Source: an uncultured Bacteroidia bacterium (GTDB lineage: Bacteria > Bacteroidota > Bacteroidia > Bacteroidales > CAJPTX01). Taken from it: a stretch of 64,000 nucleotides of DNA. The notes below the pieces were generated by a model. That model searched no databases and was not told the DNA's origin. It worked only from the letters and a program-made list of their open reading frames with translations. This document shows, piece by piece, positions 18,810 through 28,567 of this stretch. Every line of letters starts with the position of its first letter. Positions within the stretch are counted from its first letter, which is position 1. The position numbers were made by a program, and so were the translations under genes. The stretch lies in assembly GCA_963540065.1 (NCBI GenBank), contig CAUTNK010000011.1, forward strand, positions 16,867-80,866. Direction: 5' to 3'.

Positions 18810-20540
18810 TCAGACAAGCGAAAAGAACTCGATAGCCTGCCGTAGTTTTTCGGCCTCCTCGCTTAATTGCGTAGCACTAGCCGACATTTCCTGACTCGAG
18901 GACGCATTGTTCTGTATCACCTCGTTAAGGGCGTTGAGAGCCATTGTAATCTGATTTACGCCCCCTCGTTGCTCATCGCTTGCTACCGCAATTTCTTCCA
19001 TAATAGCTCGCGTTCGTGCCATATCGGGCAGTACGGCATCGAGGCGTTCGTGCGACTTCTGTGTAGCTTCTCGCGACTGCTCGGCAAGATGCACAATCTC
19101 GTTAGCAGCATCGTTGCTTCTTTCAGCTAATTTACGCACCTCTGCGGCGACCACCGAGAAGCCTCTTCCATGATCTCCGGCACGTGCCGCTTCCACGGCA
19201 GCATTCAGTGCTAGGATATTGGTTTGAGTAGCTATTTCGCTAATCACCAATATTTTCGAACTGATCGTTTCGACCGACTCGAGCGATGCCCTCGATTCGG
19301 TACTCAGCTCTTCGATGCGTTGCCCAAGTTCGCGCGATAGGGTTTGCGAGCTCTGTGCGCGTTCGGCATTGCTATCAATATTTGCCGACATTTCCTCCAT
19401 AGCACTGCTCACCTCCTCGGCATTAGCTGCTTGGCTGTTAGAGCCTTGTGAAAGGATTTGCGAATTCGAATTCAACTGCTCGCTAGCACGCGCTACCTCG
19501 TCGGCACTCTGCTTGATAATGTTTAGCGTCTCGCGTGTTTTATCGATCATGGTTGCAATAGCACGCGCCATAGCACCGAACTCATCCTGAAAAGACTGGT
19601 AATTCTTTGGGACATCGTTCACAAACCTCCCATCGGCACACTCTTGCAATTTCGCAGTAGCAGCTTTTACCATCCGGACAACGAAGTTGGTCAGCAAGGG
19701 CAAGGAAACTATCGTATTCAGAACCGCCAGGGCAAACAACGAGATCTCGATGCGCATATAGTAACGATAGGAAGCATCGCGGAGTTGCTCCAAACGGTTG
19801 TCGTGCGCAACAAGCAACTTGGAGAGCTGATTGCTCATAGCTATAAAGGTATCGCCGACCTCGTCCTTAGCAGCTGTAGCCTGTATGGTTGCATCGACCG
19901 CGGTACGTAGCGCATTGATCATCTGCGCTTTTTCGGACTCAAAGAGGTTCTGCTTAATCATATCTACGAGGGTACTTTGCGCTTCGATGAGAGCCTGTGT
20001 ACTCCGAGTGTCGAAATACTCACCCAGTTTACCGCCCAGCGCAATCATCCGCACAATTGCAGCACTGCTGGTATATTCGTTCGTACGGAGAGCAGCATAA
20101 AATTTGAGATAGTGTTCGCGCAGAGCGCTTTGCGCTTGCAGTTCTTTCTTTTTCGATTCGAAACTCTCGTGCGACTTGCTTTCGTACGCTCGCCCCATCT
20201 CCAGAAGCGAACTCGTAAGGCGCGCCATTTCGGCATCGTCGTTATCCAACTCTTTTGCGAGCCTCTCGAGGTAGTCTAAGGAGAGCAATAACGAATCTAG
20301 GTAGAGCTGACTACGTTCGTATTCGGGCATATTACCACTCAGATAATAAGCACGATAGTGGAATCTGGCTTTTAAGAACGCTCGTTCCACACTATTCGAG
20401 CAATCTAGTATTGCATCGTTTTTTGCCCGCACGATATTCTGCTGCCGAACAAAGAGTCCGACCAAGAGGAAAAGCACTAAAATGGAGGTAAAACAGACTA
20501 AAAGTTTCGTCCGCAACCGCCAATCATACCAACGTTTCAT
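18810..20540 (-). CDS. Methyl-accepting chemotaxis protein (MCP)
   Basis: 576 aa. TM1, a helical sensor region of about 230 aa, TM2, a HAMP-like linker, and the highly conserved MCP hairpin-tip sequence ([39 protein letters not shown]). Confidence 0.85.
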   Translation of the reverse strand: MKRWYDWRLRTKLLVCFTSILVLFLLVGLFVRQQNIVRAKNDAILDCSNSVERAFLKARFHYRAYYLSGNMPEYERSQLYLDSLLLSLDYLERLAKELDNDDAEMARLTSSLLEMGRAYESKSHESFESKKKELQAQSALREHYLKFYAALRTNEYTSSAAIVRMIALGGKLGEYFDTRSTQALIEAQSTLVDMIKQNLFESEKAQMINALRTAVDATIQATAAKDEVGDTFIAMSNQLSKLLVAHDNRLEQLRDASYRYYMRIEISLFALAVLNTIVSLPLLTNFVVRMVKAATAKLQECADGRFVNDVPKNYQSFQDEFGAMARAIATMIDKTRETLNIIKQSADEVARASEQLNSNSQILSQGSNSQAANAEEVSSAMEEMSANIDSNAERAQSSQTLSRELGQRIEELSTESRASLESVETISSKILVISEIATQTNILALNAAVEAARAGDHGRGFSVVAAEVRKLAERSNDAANEIVHLAEQSREATQKSHERLDAVLPDMARTRAIMEEIAVASDEQRGGVNQITMALNALNEVIQNNASSSQEMSASATQLSEEAEKLRQAIEFFSLV

Positions 20541-20612
20541 TCTCTTTTGTTTTTTGAAAGAGAATACGTTGTATGATGTCGGAATGTTCTAAGAGTGAGT
20601 GTTTTTTCCGAT

Positions 20613-21704
20613 CTACGCTCCCTTTTTCACACGTAGCTGTGGCGACCCGGAGTAGTAGATTTCTCCCGAACCTTTCACGCGCTCCATGTAGAGTTCGTCC
20701 AGCACATTTATGTGTATATCTCCCGAGCCATTAAGCCAAGTATGTGCGACCTTACAGAGTAATCCTCGCAATGCGATGTCTCCGGAACCAAAAATAGATG
20801 CTTTTAGAAGGTTTACATTACCTCGCAACACTTGTATATTTCCCGACATAGTAAGCTCGGCATTGTATTCTCTTGCTTCCAGTTCGCCGATTACAATATC
20901 GCCACTACCTCGGAGTTGGGTTACCAGTCGATTTTCTCCGTACACTCGTTTGGCTCGAAAACTACCCGATCCCGTAATTTTTACATCTGCTGATGCGGAA
21001 AAAGCGACATCCGAGATATAATAATCACCACTACCCACAAGGGTCATCTCTGCTTTCCTACAAGAAAGGAATCCTAATCTTAAGACTCCCGATCCCCGAA
21101 GGGTAGTTTCTATATCCTCTGTTAGATGTATGTTTTTGCCTTTAACATCGCCAGAACCTACAAGCGAAAATGATGCTGCTTGAGCATTCAATTCTTTAAA
21201 TTCTACATTGCCACTCCCCACAAGACTTACCGAAAAATGCTCATTTACCGATAGTTGGTCTATTCTTACATCGCCACTCCCAGAAAGGGTTATCTGGAAA
21301 TTATCCGCAATAAATCGATCTCGTAAATCGATATCGCCACTCCCACGCAGTCGAACCTCTTCGAGACGTGGCAAAGTAACGTAGTAAACAATTTCAGGAA
21401 ACCCGTTCAGACGTTCGTCCTTAGCCTTTGAAAAAACTAGTGTCTTGTTCTTTACATTAAGTTCTATTAGGTCTAATGCTCCCTGATACTTAGAAACAGC
21501 TCGTACAGAAAAGGTTTCGGCCTGTCGGAGAATAACATCTACGGGGACACCTAGATCAATCTTATCAAAATTTGTAATGGTATAACTCCGCTCTTCAGGG
21601 GTTACTAATTTTTGGAATTGAGCAGTCTTGCGATTTGGTATCGTCCCTTGCCAAGCTGTTAGAAATACGATAACTATTGCCGATAGTACAACTATGTATC
21701 TCAT
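20613..21704 (-). CDS. Head GIN-domain (DUF2807-like) beta-helical protein
   Basis: About 12 tandem degenerate units of ~20-25 aa containing (R/V/L)GSGD(I/V) (RGSGDIDL, SGSGDVRI, VGSGNVEF, VGSGDVKG and others). N-terminal anchor or signal peptide. I place the start at the internal ATG (MRYIVVLSAIV) at 21704. The ORF track starts at 21746. Confidence 0.65.
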   Translation of the reverse strand: MRYIVVLSAIVIVFLTAWQGTIPNRKTAQFQKLVTPEERSYTITNFDKIDLGVPVDVILRQAETFSVRAVSKYQGALDLIELNVKNKTLVFSKAKDERLNGFPEIVYYVTLPRLEEVRLRGSGDIDLRDRFIADNFQITLSGSGDVRIDQLSVNEHFSVSLVGSGNVEFKELNAQAASFSLVGSGDVKGKNIHLTEDIETTLRGSGVLRLGFLSCRKAEMTLVGSGDYYISDVAFSASADVKITGSGSFRAKRVYGENRLVTQLRGSGDIVIGELEAREYNAELTMSGNIQVLRGNVNLLKASIFGSGDIALRGLLCKVAHTWLNGSGDIHINVLDELYMERVKGSGEIYYSGSPQLRVKKGA

Positions 21705-21810
21705 CGTTCTATTCTTTTTTTGTTGTCGCATACGTAAGACGCACAACGTTTCTAAAAGTTACACTACTATTTCTCCCGATAAATTTACCTTTTTTATATA
21801 TATTTTTTTC

Positions 21811-21818
21811 TACTTTTG
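21811..21818 (+). promoter_or_regulatory. -7 promoter box (TACTTTTG) for the sigma-factor gene
   Basis: TACTTTTG lies only 4 nt before the TTG start in the ORF track. This argues that the real start is the ATG at 21853. Confidence 0.45.
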
Positions 21819-21852
21819 GTAGTTGTATGGCGATTTTAGTACTCTCACTTCA

Positions 21853-22467
21853 ATGATAGAACAAGATCTGAGCAATCTATCGGAAAAGGCACTTGTAGAT
21901 TGGGAACTCGTCCAACGTGCCTGTAAGGGCGATGAGGAGGCCTTTCGAGTCCTTCACGATAAGTATCGCAGTAAAATCTATTACTTGGTACTGAAAATCG
22001 TCAACAACCCGACGGATGCCGAGGATGTAACTATCGAGGCATTCGGGAAAGCATTCAAAAATATCAAACAGTATGTACCACGCTATGCCTTTAGCAGCTG
22101 GCTATTTAAGATAGCGACCAACAACAGCATCGACTATTGCCGTCGGAAGCGCCTCCTACAGAAAGACTACGAGGAGGTTGGGAGTGAGATTGTCAGTAAG
22201 GAGCCTATCATAAACACAGTACTTGATCCGGAGCAACAACTTATTCGTGAACAAAACATCGAGCGCCTCCGACACTTAGTAACGAACCTCCGTCCGCAAT
22301 ATCAACGCTTAGTACAATTACGCTATTTCGACGAACTCTCCTACGAGGAGATTTCCGTAACCCTCGACCTACCTATGGGAACCGTAAAGGCACAACTTTT
22401 CCGGGCACGTAACATGCTTCAGGAGATTCTACGCGATTCGCCCGATGGAGATTTCAAAGACAACTGA
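21853..22467 (+). CDS. RNA polymerase sigma-70 family factor (ECF-type)
   Basis: Region 2 (FRVLHDKYRSKIYYLVLKIV...DAEDVTIEAF) and region 4 HTH (LRYFDELSYEEISVTLDLPMGTVKAQLFRARNML). The start was moved to the ATG at 21853 because of the upstream -7 box. Confidence 0.75.
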   Translation: MIEQDLSNLSEKALVDWELVQRACKGDEEAFRVLHDKYRSKIYYLVLKIVNNPTDAEDVTIEAFGKAFKNIKQYVPRYAFSSWLFKIATNNSIDYCRRKRLLQKDYEEVGSEIVSKEPIINTVLDPEQQLIREQNIERLRHLVTNLRPQYQRLVQLRYFDELSYEEISVTLDLPMGTVKAQLFRARNMLQEILRDSPDGDFKDN

Positions 22468-23104
22468 GTGGAGCACCCTCACACAGCTCTACCCTTCTCT
22501 TAGCGATGAGCAGATTCGGCAATTAGAGCATTTCGTAGAACTCCTTTTAGAGTGGAATACGCAGGTAAACCTGATCTCACGCAAAGACACCGAACAAGTC
22601 CTCTGGCACCACATAGCACATAGCTTAAGTCCACTCCTCTTTTTCACATTCCCCGCTTCTTTTCGCATACTCGATTTAGGCACTGGTGGGGGGCTCCCCG
22701 GCATACCATTAGCGATAGCTTTGCCCAACGTCCGATTCTGCTTAGTAGACTCTATAGCCAAAAAAATACGGGCGGTAGAGACTATGTGTGCATCGCTTAA
22801 CTTACGCAATGTAGAAGTACAACGCTCGCGAGTCGAAGAACTACGCACTACCTATCCGTTAGTAGTTACTCGTGGAGTAGCACCACTAACGCAACTCTGG
22901 TCGTGGGTAAGCCCCATACTAACCGATCCTACTCGCGAAAATACAACCACTCCACACGGTTTACTCGCCTACAAGGGATATCCATTTACCGAAAGTTTGC
23001 CAGAGGCTCAGGCTATCGTGCGCATCTATCCACTCAAGGATCGAGTCCCGAACGACTCTTTTTTGGGAGCTAAAGCACTAGTAAACGTCTTTTCTTCGAT
23101 TTAG
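22445..23104 (+). CDS. rsmG: 16S rRNA (guanine527-N7)-methyltransferase
   Basis: GidB/RsmG motifs (LLEWNTQVNLISRKD, SAM site LDLGTGGGLPGIPLAI). The ORF overlaps the sigma-factor gene by 23 nt. Confidence 0.85.
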   Translation: MEISKTTEWSTLTQLYPSLSDEQIRQLEHFVELLLEWNTQVNLISRKDTEQVLWHHIAHSLSPLLFFTFPASFRILDLGTGGGLPGIPLAIALPNVRFCLVDSIAKKIRAVETMCASLNLRNVEVQRSRVEELRTTYPLVVTRGVAPLTQLWSWVSPILTDPTRENTTTPHGLLAYKGYPFTESLPEAQAIVRIYPLKDRVPNDSFLGAKALVNVFSSI

Positions 23105-23227
23105 AACTCTATTTACCCGAAACGCCGATTCCGCACTACGCCATTTCTAAGCAATGGGTATTTCGTACCTTTGCTAGGGTTGAGGTCGTCGCTCCATTCC
23201 GAAACAGACACTTCACACGGTGTGCGT

Positions 23228-25366
23228 ATGCTAAGGAATTTTCAAGAATTGTTAGTAATCGGTGGCTTGTTTTGCCAACGTGGCGGGCTACGTACCTATA
23301 GCTCTTTTCTTGTAGAAAGAAAGCATACGCAGGTAAGCAGATTCGGTAGTTTATTTGTAGTACTCTTGTTTTTGTCGCCTTTGAGCTCCATAGCACAGGA
23401 CTCAGTAACTACTGCTACCAGCACACCTAACTTTACACAGTTGAGTGGCGGCGAGAAATCCGATTCTGTACAAAAACTACCGAGCACACTATTCCTTCAC
23501 ATGCCTCCGCAAGTAGGCAGAGGTTACTTAAGCACTTGGCAATTAACCCCTGAGGCTTGGCGCTACGATTCGGTAACGGTAGATACCCTTTTTTCGCACT
23601 CCCACCTCTTTGAAGAACGGCTACAAACCGGTAGCCTATACACGCACACAGGGCTACGTTACGCCCCCCTCCAGTACGACGAATTCTTTTTACGCACAGC
23701 TCACGAACAGGACATCCCGCCCAGCTTTCGGAGTCTTTGGGAACACTTACGCGCGGAACATCGCAATTACTCGGCACAAGGTCCCTACTCGCATTTCAAT
23801 GCAGCGAAAAATATAGGTTCGGGCGAGGGCGAGTTGTATGCCCGTTGGTTCTATACGCAAAACTTGTCGCCGGGACTCAACTTCGGTTTCAACCTACTAC
23901 ACGCCGAGGACCTAAGCGATATGATCAACTTAAAGTCGCGATACAACGTGGGCGAACTTTTCGGGTCGTTTGTCTACGGAAGATTTTACCTGTCGGCATC
24001 GGCATCGCTACGTCGTATGGAACACCACCTGAATGGCGGCATGACCTCCGTACGTTGGTTGTTAGACACCGTCGTAGCACAAGGGCAGATACCCACATAT
24101 CACACCAACAACAATACCCTTGCCGGGCAGGATACTTACACGCTCGAAGCATCGTACGATTTGGTTCAGTCGCATACCGAGCACTCCGACTCGCTACATT
24201 CGCGCAAAATTTACGACCATTCCCTTTTAAGCTTATTGCTACTGCAAGAGTATCGCACGTTATCGCGCACCTACATCGAACCCAAGCCCTCCGAAACGCG
24301 ATCCTACAACATAGCCAACAACTATACACACGACTCGGTGCACGTGTCGGAGTATAACGGTCGGTTCGGGATTGGATATCGTCACAACGAACATATCGGT
24401 TACTCCCTACCAACTTTTCGGCTTTGGGGCGGTTACCATTACGAGGCTTTTAGTCAGCCGCAAGCGCTTTTGTACCTGCGGGGTTACGCACAGCATCAGC
24501 AATCGAGTTTGTACGTTGGAGGGAATGCCGATTACCGTTTGCGCATCCTGCATTTAGGAGTATATGGCTACTGGTACGGTTGGGGCGCGCGTGCAGGAGA
24601 TTGGTATCTGGGTACGAACGGGAACGTAACGCCTCTGCCACATCTTCGCGACATACAACTAAGGGTTTCGTTTGCCATGAATCGGTCGCGTGCACATTAC
24701 CTAGAGCAAGTCCATTTTTCGAATACCGCCTCGTGGGATCTACGCAACAAACTACTGCCCCGTACCTACTTACACATGGGAGGCGAACTCCGTTTACCTT
24801 GGGCAGCCTTGCGACTCGGAATGCAAAACCGATTGTATCGCAACTACAGCTATTTCGACAAAGATTGTCGTCCGAGCCAATCGCCGCTTGTAAACATCTT
24901 GGCGGGGTATATACAGGAGGATTTCGTGTGGAACGGCGTAAATCTTAGCAGTCGGTTAGCTGTCCAGAAAAGTTCGGAACCGCTAGTACTCGCTTTACCG
25001 CTTTTAAGCGTTTGGGGTAGTGTAGGCTATGAACTCGATGTAGTTCCGAACGTGATGCGCATCCGTTTGGCACTCGCCTGCAACTATCGCACTGCATACT
25101 ACGCCGACACGTACGACGTGCCGTTGGGGATTTACCATCGTCAATCGAGTCAATTGCTAGGTAATTACCCGTTTTTAGACTTGCTGCTGAACGTAAAATG
25201 GAAAACTGCTAACCTGTTTGTAATGGTCGGACACCTGAACGACGACTGGTTTTCGCGCAATTCGTTTGTAGGGATAGGCTATCCCGAACGCGAACGCTAC
25301 TACCGTTTTGGCTTTCAGTGGTATTTCCAAAAGCCCGAAGAGGAGGAAAAAGCCTTCGGACAATAA
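23228..25366 (+). CDS. Putative outer-membrane beta-barrel porin-like protein
   Basis: Contains a signal-peptide-like segment (FGSLFVVLLFLSPLSSIAQ). The sequence is Tyr/Gly/Asn-rich with alternating beta-strand character and a C-terminal aromatic region (YRFGFQWYF). The start is uncertain: TTG at 23171 in the ORF track, first ATG at 23228. Both leave 37-56 aa before the hydrophobic core. Confidence 0.5.
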   Translation: MLRNFQELLVIGGLFCQRGGLRTYSSFLVERKHTQVSRFGSLFVVLLFLSPLSSIAQDSVTTATSTPNFTQLSGGEKSDSVQKLPSTLFLHMPPQVGRGYLSTWQLTPEAWRYDSVTVDTLFSHSHLFEERLQTGSLYTHTGLRYAPLQYDEFFLRTAHEQDIPPSFRSLWEHLRAEHRNYSAQGPYSHFNAAKNIGSGEGELYARWFYTQNLSPGLNFGFNLLHAEDLSDMINLKSRYNVGELFGSFVYGRFYLSASASLRRMEHHLNGGMTSVRWLLDTVVAQGQIPTYHTNNNTLAGQDTYTLEASYDLVQSHTEHSDSLHSRKIYDHSLLSLLLLQEYRTLSRTYIEPKPSETRSYNIANNYTHDSVHVSEYNGRFGIGYRHNEHIGYSLPTFRLWGGYHYEAFSQPQALLYLRGYAQHQQSSLYVGGNADYRLRILHLGVYGYWYGWGARAGDWYLGTNGNVTPLPHLRDIQLRVSFAMNRSRAHYLEQVHFSNTASWDLRNKLLPRTYLHMGGELRLPWAALRLGMQNRLYRNYSYFDKDCRPSQSPLVNILAGYIQEDFVWNGVNLSSRLAVQKSSEPLVLALPLLSVWGSVGYELDVVPNVMRIRLALACNYRTAYYADTYDVPLGIYHRQSSQLLGNYPFLDLLLNVKWKTANLFVMVGHLNDDWFSRNSFVGIGYPERERYYRFGFQWYFQKPEEEEKAFGQ

Positions 25367-25502
25367 AATTGCTAATCACTCTGCAAGGTGCAGATACAGC
25401 CTACTACCTCCGTACAGAAAGTAAGTATACGTTGTTGCTAGATGGATAGTACAGCAGGTTTATTTTGGGTAGTGTATTATCTCTGAACTGAGTATAAATA
25501 CC

Positions 25503-25510
25503 TACTTTTG
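25503..25510 (+). promoter_or_regulatory. -7 promoter box (TACTTTTG) for the DUF5606-like gene
   Basis: TACTTTTGTTGC. The box ends 28 nt upstream of the ATG at 25539. Confidence 0.45.
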
Positions 25511-25538
25511 TTGCGTTTTACAAGGTAAAAAGGGAAGA

Positions 25539-25985
25539 ATGGAGCTCAAGGAAGTATTAGCCATTACCGGGAAATCGGGGTTGTATAAGTTTGTTGCGAA
25601 GAGTCGGCATGGTTTTGTAGTTGAACCTTTGGGAGGCGGCACTCGTTTTGCAGTATCAATCATGAACAAGGTGAGCTCGTTAGCTGATATCGCAATGTTT
25701 ATGCACGATAAAGACCTACCCCTTGCTAAAGTCTTCACAGCCATGCTTCCACACGAGGCTGCTATTACCGCTTTGGATCTCAACGATAGTAAACGAGTAC
25801 ACGAGGCGCGAGAACTTTACGCCAAGATACTCCCCGATTATAACGAAAACAAAGTGCGCGATCGCGATATCGTTCGTGCCTTTAAGTGGTTTCTGATTCT
25901 TATCACACACGGAGTTCGTGAGTTTGAAACCACAGAGCCCGAAAAAGAGCCAACAGCTACTACAGCTGCGCCCGAAGAGGCTTAA
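25539..25985 (+). CDS. Conserved Bacteroidota protein, DUF5606-like
   Basis: 148 aa. The N-terminus (LKEVLAITGKSGLYKFVAKSRHGFVVEPL) resembles the conserved ISGKPGLYK-type start of the DUF5606 family. Function unknown. Confidence 0.5.
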   Translation: MELKEVLAITGKSGLYKFVAKSRHGFVVEPLGGGTRFAVSIMNKVSSLADIAMFMHDKDLPLAKVFTAMLPHEAAITALDLNDSKRVHEARELYAKILPDYNENKVRDRDIVRAFKWFLILITHGVREFETTEPEKEPTATTAAPEEA

Positions 25986-26032
25986 CATTTCGCGAGTTTT
26001 TTCTAAACCAATAATCAAAGACTAAAAAAAAC

Positions 26033-27340
26033 ATGGAGCAAACAGTCGCTCATGGGGCGGTGTCGGCTTTTTTGCTGATACCGTTTATTTTAATGCTTCT
26101 CTCTATAGCTATTGGTCCTGTCATAGCCGAGCACTGGTGGGAGAAGAACCGCAACAAACTAATTGTAGCCTTGGTGCTAGGAATTCCCACTGCCATAATC
26201 CTCATAGTACAAGGGATGGGGCACGAGCTCGAACATCAGATAATATTCGACTATATCCCGTTTGTAGCGCTCTTGTGCGGACTATTTACCGTAACGGGCG
26301 GGATCCGGTTAAGTGGCGACATCAAAGCTACTCCCGGTGTGAATACGCTCTTTTTAGGGATTGGTGCCGTCCTCGCATCGTTGATGGGGACTACGGGCGC
26401 GGCGATGCTCCTGATCCGTCCGGTACTCGAAACCAACAAACAACGAAATTTCAAGGTTCACACTGTTCTTTTCTTCATAGCTATTGTAGCTAATGCCGGC
26501 GGTCTGCTAACGCCACTAGGCGATCCACCACTCTTCTTGCTCTACCTACGTGGTGCTCCCTTCTCTTGGTTCTTGAACTTAGCTCCGGAGAGTTTGGTAA
26601 TCGACCTCGTACTCTTGGCAACCTACTACATAATAGACCGCATCAACTATGCTAAGGAGTCGCAGGAAGCACTAAAACGCGATGCCACCGAAGTGACCCC
26701 TTTACGCATACACGGTGTACTCAATTTTGTTTGGTTGCTCGGGATTGTAGCTGCCGTAGCATTTGTCAACGAGCAATACATCCCACTGATGAAACAAAAC
26801 GACTACTGGAAGTTCCTCCGCGAGGGCGTTATATTTGCGATGATGTTCCTATCACTCGCCACTACCAAACGCACTATCCGCGAAGCCAATCGCTTTACAT
26901 GGGATCCGATCCTCGAAGTGGCATTCCTGTTCATTGGTATTTTTATTACCATGACCCCTGCCCTACTCTACCTAAAGGAACATGCATCAGCCTTACCTCT
27001 CAACTCGCCGCTCCACTTCTTTTTCGCAACGGGCGCACTTTCCGGTTTTTTGGATAATGCTCCAACAGCGCTAGCCTTCCATTCTGTAGCCTCCGGACTC
27101 CCGCCAGTAGCCAACATGCCCTACGTAGCTGGCATCCCAGAAATCCTTCTAAAAGCCATATCTATGGGAGCTGTCCTCTTTGGCGCTATTACATACATCG
27201 GTAACGGACCGAACTTCATGGTAAAAGCTATTGCTGAGGCAGAAGGCGTCAAAATGCCCAGCTTCTTCGCTTACATGTATAAGTTTTCCCTTATCCTCCT
27301 ATTGCCACTGTTTATCATCATTGGTTTCTTGTTCCTCTAG
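26033..27340 (+). CDS. ArsB/NhaD-superfamily permease (putative sodium:proton antiporter)
   Basis: 435-aa polytopic membrane protein with about 11-12 TM helices. The N-terminal IAEHWWEKNRNK segment and GDPPLFLLYL motif are reminiscent of NhaD/YbiR-type ion transporters. Confidence 0.55.
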   Translation: MEQTVAHGAVSAFLLIPFILMLLSIAIGPVIAEHWWEKNRNKLIVALVLGIPTAIILIVQGMGHELEHQIIFDYIPFVALLCGLFTVTGGIRLSGDIKATPGVNTLFLGIGAVLASLMGTTGAAMLLIRPVLETNKQRNFKVHTVLFFIAIVANAGGLLTPLGDPPLFLLYLRGAPFSWFLNLAPESLVIDLVLLATYYIIDRINYAKESQEALKRDATEVTPLRIHGVLNFVWLLGIVAAVAFVNEQYIPLMKQNDYWKFLREGVIFAMMFLSLATTKRTIREANRFTWDPILEVAFLFIGIFITMTPALLYLKEHASALPLNSPLHFFFATGALSGFLDNAPTALAFHSVASGLPPVANMPYVAGIPEILLKAISMGAVLFGAITYIGNGPNFMVKAIAEAEGVKMPSFFAYMYKFSLILLLPLFIIIGFLFL

Positions 27341-27370
27341 ACTCCGCCCACAACACTTCGATTTTTACAC

Positions 27371-27405
27371 GCCTCTGCAGTAATTGCTGTAGAGGCTTTA
27401 TTTTT
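27371..27405 (+). terminator. Rho-independent terminator after the permease gene
   Basis: GCCUCUGCAG-uaauug-CUGUAGAGGC forms a 10-bp stem with one G-U pair. It is followed by UUUAUUUUU and starts 31 nt after the stop codon. Confidence 0.8.
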
Positions 27406-27433
27406 GCGTATAACGAAACCTTGGATAAAAGTC

Positions 27434-28543
27434 ATGAAACGATCGCGAATCCCTTATACACCTGCGTATTTTCCTATATATCTTTTTGCTCTTCTACAAC
27501 TTATACTCGCTTGGGGGTGTGGTGAGAAAAAACTAGTACGCGTTGCTCCCTATTCGTCAGAAACGGCACAAGCCTCGCATAACCTCGTGTACTATCTGCC
27601 TACTACAGAGCTCGATATCTGCTTTACGGTCGTGAACGAGCGCTTTACCCCCGGTCCGTATGCGTCGTTTTGCGAACGCTTTCTAGGTTTTACGCCCTCA
27701 CAACAGAACACCGAACCACTGTATAAGATAACACGCGTATCGGTCACTCCTCGTCAAGAAGCCGATTTAACACACCCTTTTGTAGCACAACTGTATACTC
27801 CGAATGCGCCGCTGTTTTTACAACTTTCCGAACGTGGACTCCTTTTTCCATCGCAGCAGAACTATGTAGCAGCGGCGAGCACTCAATCGGTTGCCAACAA
27901 ACCCCAAGAGCATCAGTATACCGATTTATCGTCGCAGCCCTTTATAGATTCGGAACGCAGTGTGCTACAATCTGTGAAACAGAGCGATAGCAGTTTTGTC
28001 AGTGTGCCAGTAACGCGCGAGGTATCAGTAAAACGCAGTCTGGAGGAGAAAGCGCGCCAAGCAGCAGAGCAAATCTTTTTTTTGCGCAAGCGTCGTCTGG
28101 ATCTCCTAGCAGGAGATGATATGCCTACTACTCCGAATGGTATTTCGGTTGTGCTGAACGAAATTGCTCGTTTAGAAATCGAATACCTATCGCTGTTTAT
28201 GGGAAAGACCCTATACGATACTTTGTACTCGCATGTTTATTTTACTCCGTCTGCCGATGCCGCCTCTGCCATCGTTTGTCGCTTCTCGCCGAACATGGGG
28301 ATTGTATCATCGGGCAGTATGATGGCGAGTCCGATTCTTTTCCGAGCACAGCTCGAACTCGAAAAAACTCACATCAATTGGAGCGAACTCCCCACGCTTC
28401 AAAACGCTTATTACTATCGGGCACAACGTCCGGTGAGCATCGAACTCGTCCTAGGTGCCGATATGCTGTATCAGGGGCGCATTGCCTTCTCGCAGTATGG
28501 CGAATTGCTACACGCACCACTAATGCTACAACTCCCCCGGTAA
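27434..28543 (+). CDS. Hypothetical lipoprotein (possibly DUF4831 family)
   Basis: Lipobox-like LILAWGC after a hydrophobic segment. No catalytic motifs recognised. I place the start at the ATG at 27434, because the TTG at 27404 in the ORF track falls inside the upstream terminator U-tract. Confidence 0.4.
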   Translation: MKRSRIPYTPAYFPIYLFALLQLILAWGCGEKKLVRVAPYSSETAQASHNLVYYLPTTELDICFTVVNERFTPGPYASFCERFLGFTPSQQNTEPLYKITRVSVTPRQEADLTHPFVAQLYTPNAPLFLQLSERGLLFPSQQNYVAAASTQSVANKPQEHQYTDLSSQPFIDSERSVLQSVKQSDSSFVSVPVTREVSVKRSLEEKARQAAEQIFFLRKRRLDLLAGDDMPTTPNGISVVLNEIARLEIEYLSLFMGKTLYDTLYSHVYFTPSADAASAIVCRFSPNMGIVSSGSMMASPILFRAQLELEKTHINWSELPTLQNAYYYRAQRPVSIELVLGADMLYQGRIAFSQYGELLHAPLMLQLPR

Positions 28544-28567
28544 TCGCAACCCTAATAAACCACTGTG

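Noticed and set aside
23737-24413. ORFs of 206 aa (+) and 162 aa (-) inside the porin-like gene.
   Set aside because: They are alternative-frame or antisense shadows with Arg-rich composition and no independent signals.
25068-25082. A sigma-54 promoter-like TGGCAC...TGCA. I searched for these because a sigma-54 activator is encoded in the window.
   Set aside because: The GG-to-GC spacing is 9 nt rather than 10 nt, and the site lies inside the porin-like CDS. I found no convincing TGGCAC-N5-TTGC element on either strand in intergenic DNA.
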